A DNA stretch of 64,000 nt from Octopus vulgaris (Eukaryota), in the NCBI GenBank assembly GCA_951406725.2, contig OX597824.1, forward strand, positions 5,518,001-5,582,000. The letters run 5' to 3'. The position numbers and the translations under genes are program-made. Under the pieces are notes generated by a model. It was not told the DNA's origin, did no database searches, and worked only from the letters and a program-made list of their open reading frames with translations. Shown here one piece after another: positions 56,826 to 64,000 of the stretch; positions within the stretch are counted from its first letter, which is position 1, and every line of letters begins with the position of its first letter.

Positions 56826-58174
56826 AATATCTATCTATCTATCTGTCTGCCAATCGATCGATCGATCTATCAATACATACATACATACATGCATGCATAC
56901 ATACATACATACATACATACATACATACATACAGACAGACAGACAGACAGACAGACAGATAAACAGACCGACATATTCACAGCCATAAGCACGTTGTGGA
57001 GTGTTTGAAATTGGGAGTATCATTGTGGGTATTCGCATCAGGTATATATATGCGTAAATGTGAATGTGTGGTAATCTCGACAATTTACTGATATTTATTT
57101 CAATGAAATTAAAGAACAAACTTGTTCAAATTCTACTCAGTTGTCATGCAATAGCGTTGAGGTGTATCGAATTTTACAATTCATACAGTATTTGTAAGCA
57201 AAAACAGAATTATCTTCATATATATACGCCCTTCAGCATAATGAAAATTGCTGCATGGTTGCATAATGTAGAAGCTGACGTTTTATACATATTGAACAAA
57301 TATAATACGGATATAATTTCTGCCTATGTTTGGAGGTGTAATATAATTTATATCACCACTCGGGAGAAAAAAGAAAATCAATTATAATTTTAAAAAATGA
57401 TAACGAAAACGAACTCTGAATGAAAGAACTTTTAGAGAATTCGAAAATGTAATTTCGAAATCATGAAGTAGAACAAATAAAAATAACAGATTTTGTAAAA
57501 GATGCTGATTTGAAGTAAATGTGACACAGCTAACATGCCCGGGAAAAAAAAATTAAAATTAAATATTCACTTCGCTATAATTCTGAAACAAATCATACAG
57601 AAGGCTTTCAGTTACAGAACAATTTCTGATGGTATCAGCTCCTTTGGGAGTAAAATGCATCGAAGTATAGATATTTCCAATATTGTAAAATTAACCTTTA
57701 ATTAACGGAACATTAAATTACTGAACAATGGTGTGATTGATCAGCGTTAGGTTTCTCTGTTTAGATAGCTCAGATAAGGGGTTTCCTATTATTCGTATTA
57801 ATCTATATTTACTGTCAAAACGTAGCAATTTCACAGCGTGAAATAGATTTGATCCTCAATTACAAAATGATTTATGGTTAAGGTTTATTTCAGAGTATAA
57901 GATAAATTTCGATTATTAGATACGTGGTGGTATTAATCCACCGTTTCACCGTATTTATATGCATGCTTATATTCATATAATCTTACATGTACATATTTAT
58001 TCATGCAGGCATTATACACACACACACACTCACACATATATATATACACATGCACACACTCACACATATATATATATACACACACATATATATATACATA
58101 TATATATAACTTTATTTGTGTGAGTATATATATATATGCATGGATATATACGTATATATATATATACATATACG

Positions 58175-58210
<36 letters not shown>

Positions 58211-58359
58211 CATATATACATATACATATATATACATATATATATATATACATATATACTTACGTATATATATACATATATACATATATACTTGCGTATA
58301 TATATACATATACATATATATATATATACATACTTACGTATATACATATATATATATAC

Positions 58360-58427
<68 letters not shown>

Positions 58428-58594
58428 CGTCATCATATTTGATAACATACTCGAAACAACATTTATTCTCGCTACCGTGTGCTAATCCCAATATCTATAC
58501 TGTGTATGCTTGCCTACATCCTTCTATGTATGAGATCATGTATATACTGGCGCATGTATGATTATTATGAATATCATGATTATATATATATAGA

Positions 58595-58659
<65 letters not shown>

Positions 58660-59028
58660 TATATATATAAGGGTGTATATATACATATACGTATATATGT
58701 ATACATACATCTTTACACATACATATATCGTTACACGCATAGAAACTTTTATACATAGAGAGGCTTACAAATAGAAGTATACACACATACACACGCACCC
58801 GTGCACATATACGTATGTATATATGTATGAATGGATGTGGTATGTATGTATGGGATTACGCATCTGCGGACTTTACATTTGATAACAAAGCTCAAACAAC
58901 ATTTACACTCACCACCGTGAATTAAACGCCGTATCAATACCATGTTCGCTTCCATGCGTCTTTGTATGTATGCTGGTACGTATATATCTTTGTATGTATA
59001 TACATGCATGCATACATATACATCCCCA

Positions 59029-59072
<44 letters not shown>

Positions 59073-59080
59073 TATATGTA

Positions 59081-59121
<41 letters not shown>

Positions 59122-59184
59122 GGATATATATATATATATATATGCATATATATATACATACATATACACAGACACATATATGTA

Positions 59185-59222
<38 letters not shown>

Positions 59223-59629
59223 ATATATATATATATATATATATATTGTGTGTGTGTATGTGTGTGTAAATATTTATATATTCATATATGTATATATACT
59301 TGTGTATACATATATAAATATATACTCATACACTCATATACACACGCTAGTGAACTCACATGTATGTGTTAAGTAGTTTAGTGAGTGAATAACATTCTCC
59401 ACTTGGAAGACATTAGAAATTATAGTGCTTCTCAGAATGATTTCAATGGTAATTAATGACAAACGTTGTGTATAATAATTTACTCTGCTGCTAAATAGAA
59501 ACATTGACAATATTGGATTATATATAGTGCTATGGATCCAGGGTGTCTTCTAGGTTTTTCTGTTCATACGCTATTCCCATAGTCAATCCTATGTTAAATA
59601 GAATACTTCTGTAGTTTTATAGACCAAAA

Positions 59630-59781
59630 AAGAATTTACATTATTTACATTATTTACAATTGACGGATATTTGTCCTCATAACACAACGCTTCGGCTGAT
59701 ACACCCACCAGCCTTCATCAGGTGTCTTCGGGAAATTTTGAACCTGAGTTCTCATTCCTAATGTATTTTTCGATGTTGTTG

Positions 59782-59828
<47 letters not shown>

Positions 59829-59901
59829 TTCACTGCCTGGAATCGAACTAAGAAACTGGGGGTTAGTTGCCCGCGCTCTTAACCACTACGCCATATGCAC
59901 A
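59630..59901 (-). mobile_element. tRNA-headed SINE with (AAT)n linker and HHR motif
   Basis: A box TGGCGTAGTGG, B box GTTCGATTCC (59825-59900); HHR at 59681-59726; (TGTAAATAA)n end. Confidence 0.85.
59681..59726 (-). ncRNA. Minimal HHR motif
   Basis: GACAC-CTGATGA-A-GGCTGGTG ggtg TATCAGCC-GAAG-CGTT-GTGTT: full stems, GAAA changed to GAAG. Confidence 0.6.
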
Positions 59902-59902
59902 T

Positions 59903-60107
59903 GCGCATATGGCAGTGACCTGATTAATAATAATAACATCGAAAATGAGGACCCAGGTTCAAAATTTCCCCATGACACCTGATGAAGTCTGCAGGGTATA
60001 TCAACCGAAACGTTCTGTTAACAACAAACAAGATGAGGACAAAATATTCGTCAAATGTAAATAATGTAAATAATGTACATAATTCCTCATCTCTTAAATA
60101 CAGAACT
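59903..60107 (+). mobile_element. Second, divergent copy of the HHR-SINE with head interior deleted
   Basis: GCGCATATGGC|AGTGACCTGA junction; HHR remnant at 59974-60019 with eroded stem II. Confidence 0.8.
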
Positions 60108-62031
60108 TAAAAAGCCTTTGTGTTATTCTTTCCTTAAAAGATCAATTAGAGACAACACTAGACGATGTGTGAGAGGGTGTATGACACATTAATAGTTAAA
60201 AGATATATGATATCCTGAGGGGGGTTCTCTACCTGTCTCTGGATTGGATAGGATAACAACACAAGCATCTCGGTCAGAAATATTGTAATCAGCGTCGCCC
60301 TTCGGCTACCTAGTTGCATTTGTTGCATAGTGGTGGGTTATAAGAACACAAACAACCTATGTCAACATGGAATCAAGACTCGAAGGAAAACCAAATCGTT
60401 ATAACTCCAAATATTAGAAGCGTTTCTCTGACCCATGCCACATTGAGAAAACTAAGAAAAGGCCAGATTAGATTTACTGAGCAGAAATCCCATTTAATAC
60501 AGGTATGAAAATCGATGCTAACGTGGAATCTACGACACAACTAAAGGAATGTTAAAAAGTGATTTCTTCCGGTACACAGCAGCAGGCGACCATGTTTTGT
60601 GATCGCTCTTATCTTTACAACTGTTATGACGATAACCAGAGCGGAAATAAATTTAATTACCTCCTCTAAGTGTCACTGGCGCCAGAAAGGAACAAGGAAA
60701 AGCACTTAGAAGCTGAAAATATTCCTTATTATGAGCAGAATTGGGTAAATGGTATACAACAGACAGTTTTACTTCATACAAAGGCATAAATTCGCAAGGG
60801 TAGTTGACGAAAACAGAAATATATGCAAATTTTCATCTATCTTTTCTAACGAAACAATTACATGCACCATACACGAAGTACGCATGCGTGTAGACTTGCA
60901 AACGCCATCAGTAGTGTGAAGGTGATAACTGATTATAATCGGTGTATGAGATCAGAACAAAGGGCCAAAAACACATTTATATGTACTTCCTGTCTGCTAC
61001 TGAACCTTCTATCATGGAATAGGTTGTGCAGCCATCAAAAAGTGGTGGTCATCAGATGATCATCAGATTCTATAAACTATACATACTCGCTCTTTTTCTC
61101 TTTCTCTTTCTTTCTCAGTCTATGCCAATTTGAGCGTAAGCATATTCAACCGAAAATTCGTTATTCCATAATTTCTCTAGGCGAATGCATAAAGGAAAAA
61201 ACAAAAGAGGAAAACGATAAAAATCCAGTAAAAAGAACGAAAGTAGTTGAGTTTTTGAAAGTGAAAAAATGGTATGGGTTGTATAGTATAGTTTTCCTGA
61301 ATATATATAAATGGTATTTTCATTTGGACTTGTTGATGTATTTTAAAACGCATTCCTTAATTGAAAACAAATTAAATTCGGTTTAATTTTTATATCGTTA
61401 TATAACGTGCAATTACACATAGAACACATATTGCTTGTAGACACAGATTCACAGCAACGTATCAGTATATTACTTTTAAAAAATTACTAAATGATATTAG
61501 AATTTAATATTTATTATTCAAATAAAACTGTATTGTTCATAAATTATATTTATGGTTGAAATTCCTGGAGCCATAAACACCACGCTCAAGCATACATATT
61601 AAAGACAATATGAATATCCGTCTTACAGATGCAATATTCACCGACATAGGCAGAGACACATTCACACACACACACAGATACCCAGAGAATCTGGATGTGT
61701 TTATTCTCATACACAACTGCCGGCATGTATGTGTGAATGTGTGTGAGTTTATGTGTGTGTTTTTTTTGTTTTCCTGTTAATACAAAAAAGAAGAAAAATA
61801 CTGTATTTATAATTTCATCACATAAATTATTTACACTTTTTCCCTCGGAATATTTATGCCTGGCGAAAATAATTGAAACTAAAGTTTAATAATTTGGAAA
61901 CTTACATTAATTTCCAAAATGCATATTTCTTGAAGCGAAAATTTACAGAGAGTGGATTGAGAACGTTATTACAGTTTAATTTTTTTCTTAAAAGTGTAAT
62001 TGGTTACTTTTCAATTAGGCTTGAATAAAAA

Positions 62032-62093
<62 letters not shown>

Positions 62094-62216
62094 ATATTAT
62101 ATTAAATTAATAGTGGTTTTGTCTCTAATTTAATATAACATAATATTTTACTATAAAATTGGATTCAATCCTAAATCTGATTTTTCCCTGTAAGTTTGGA
62201 TTTATTCCCAAATATT

Positions 62217-62258
<42 letters not shown>

Positions 62259-62264
<6 letters not shown>

Positions 62265-62328
62265 TTCGCCATACTAATATGGCATTCTTATAAAAATAAG
62301 AATGCCATATTAGTATGGCGATAACTAT
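62259..62328. repeat. Inverted repeat, 33-bp arms, in (TA)n, with unique tail to ~62392
   Basis: 62259-62291 versus 62296-62328 with 1 mismatch. Confidence 0.9.
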
Positions 62329-62388
62329 TATTTTCCGGGAACGCTGCCGCTGTTCTCTTTTAGAGAGACTTAGTTATTTTAATATTTC

Positions 62389-62454
<66 letters not shown>

Positions 62455-64000
62455 TACATACATACGTGTGTGTGTAATGAAAGCATCGTCTGCATCTTGA
62501 AAAATATAAAATCTCAAAGATTTATAAGAATGCTTCATGGATCTAATTGCAGTGTTCCAAGATCAAATGACATTGGAAGCCTTTTCATTTTTAAACGCTT
62601 TCCAAATCCCCCGATTCAATAATCTACCGACTTCACGTCTCATTGAATCTGTTCTCCGATCATAATATGCAGGATATAATAATTTCTATTTGTGGATATA
62701 ATATTGATTACTCTCTAGATCGATATGAGACCTAATTTAGTACCATACGTGTATATCAGAATAAGATAACGAAATTATATTACTGGTACAGATCTTATTT
62801 ATCTTAGATTGATAAAAAGCAAAATGTGCCGTAAATATGCAGGTTCTGTCATTGAATTCTGATATTGGTTTATTTGATTCGAGCAGCAGTTTATATTACT
62901 GGTCTTTTACATATTCATGAAAGGGGTGAGATAGTATTTTCAGATCACAGACAATATGGATAAAAGTAGATATTATAGAAACAAGCATTTCTTAGGAGGA
63001 GGATGCTACTGTACCTCTGGGATAATTATGTATATGTATGCACGACAGAGCAAAAGGCTTGACCAAAACCGCTGGACCTATACACATAAACAGCATACAG
63101 ATAACAAACAAGCTAGACATAAACGAAATATTAAGCAGAATATTTCGAACATTATAGAAAGCCAAAACTAAAACAGACTAAAGCTCCAGGAGCACCGAGC
63201 TATGCTTAGTTGTGCAGAGCAATCTTTTGTTGATCAAAAGGTTCGAAATTATTGAAGATAGTGCACGGTAGAAATGCGAAATTGGGAACGTGTACACGGA
63301 ATAAAACTGGAAAAATGAATGAAAAAAATGGAAATAACAGTAAATTGTAACCTCCAGTTTCATTTCACTTCTCACAGCTTTAGTCTTTACAATGCAGAGC
63401 TGCATCTGTTCGATGGTCAAATTAAACCATGTTTTAGAAGAGGTTCACCTCCAGCAAATAACGTCGTCTCTCTTGTTATTAGTATGTATTGACACTGGTG
63501 TCATTGCTGAAGAAGTTATTTCTATTGACTGCAATCCCGCTGTGTAAAGAATGTGCAATGTAAGTTGTATTAGTCTGATGGGTGATGAATATATTTGTTA
63601 GGTGCTATATGATTGACATTATGCATTTCACGTATAGTAAGTAGTGTACGGTTTGTCTAGCATTAAGTATTAGAAACTGTGCAAAATGTGCGCTGTGTGG
63701 CTTATTGGTGTTAATGTGATATGACAGGATATGGATTAATTTACTTTTAATGTGTTACTTGTATAAATCACTGATTACACGCTGTACACCCAAGAGTTTA
63801 GAGGATATAACTCAAAGCTTTAGAAAGTCTAAATTACTTAACAATATTTCAAACCTGCTGCTCATAAGTTTCTGGAACACATCTATGCTTAATAATACAA
63901 CGCAAGCAATTTATTTTTCTATGTTTTGCAAATTCAAACAAACCCTTTTTAAACTTTCCCTTCGAAATATGCCATATATTATTTTATTTCATCTCCACGC

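Noticed and set aside
61270-61293. let-7-like GGTTGTATAGT
   Set aside because: Seed absent and no precursor hairpin.

Overview
AT-rich eukaryotic non-coding DNA saturated with microsatellites and short mobile elements. The repeat inventory resembles an Octopus (coleoid cephalopod) genome, but this is an inference from remembered repeat families. I recognise no host protein-coding exon, rRNA, genuine tRNA gene or CRISPR array, and almost all ORFs in the track are microsatellite translations. Identifiable content: at least five tRNA-headed or RTE-like SINE families; fragments of CR1/L2, RTE-like and R4/Dong-like LINEs; Tc1/mariner, maT-like and pogo-like relics; and a complete non-autonomous Helitron. 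The most interesting signal is a set of short elements carrying minimal hammerhead-ribozyme (HHR) motifs of the Penelope-like-element (PLE) type. One family couples a tRNA-derived Pol III head to the HHR (59630-60107; another copy at 1-268). Several other short inserts in (TA)n tracts share an 'inverted arm + unique tail' layout. All alignments and folds were done by eye, so boundaries are approximate.
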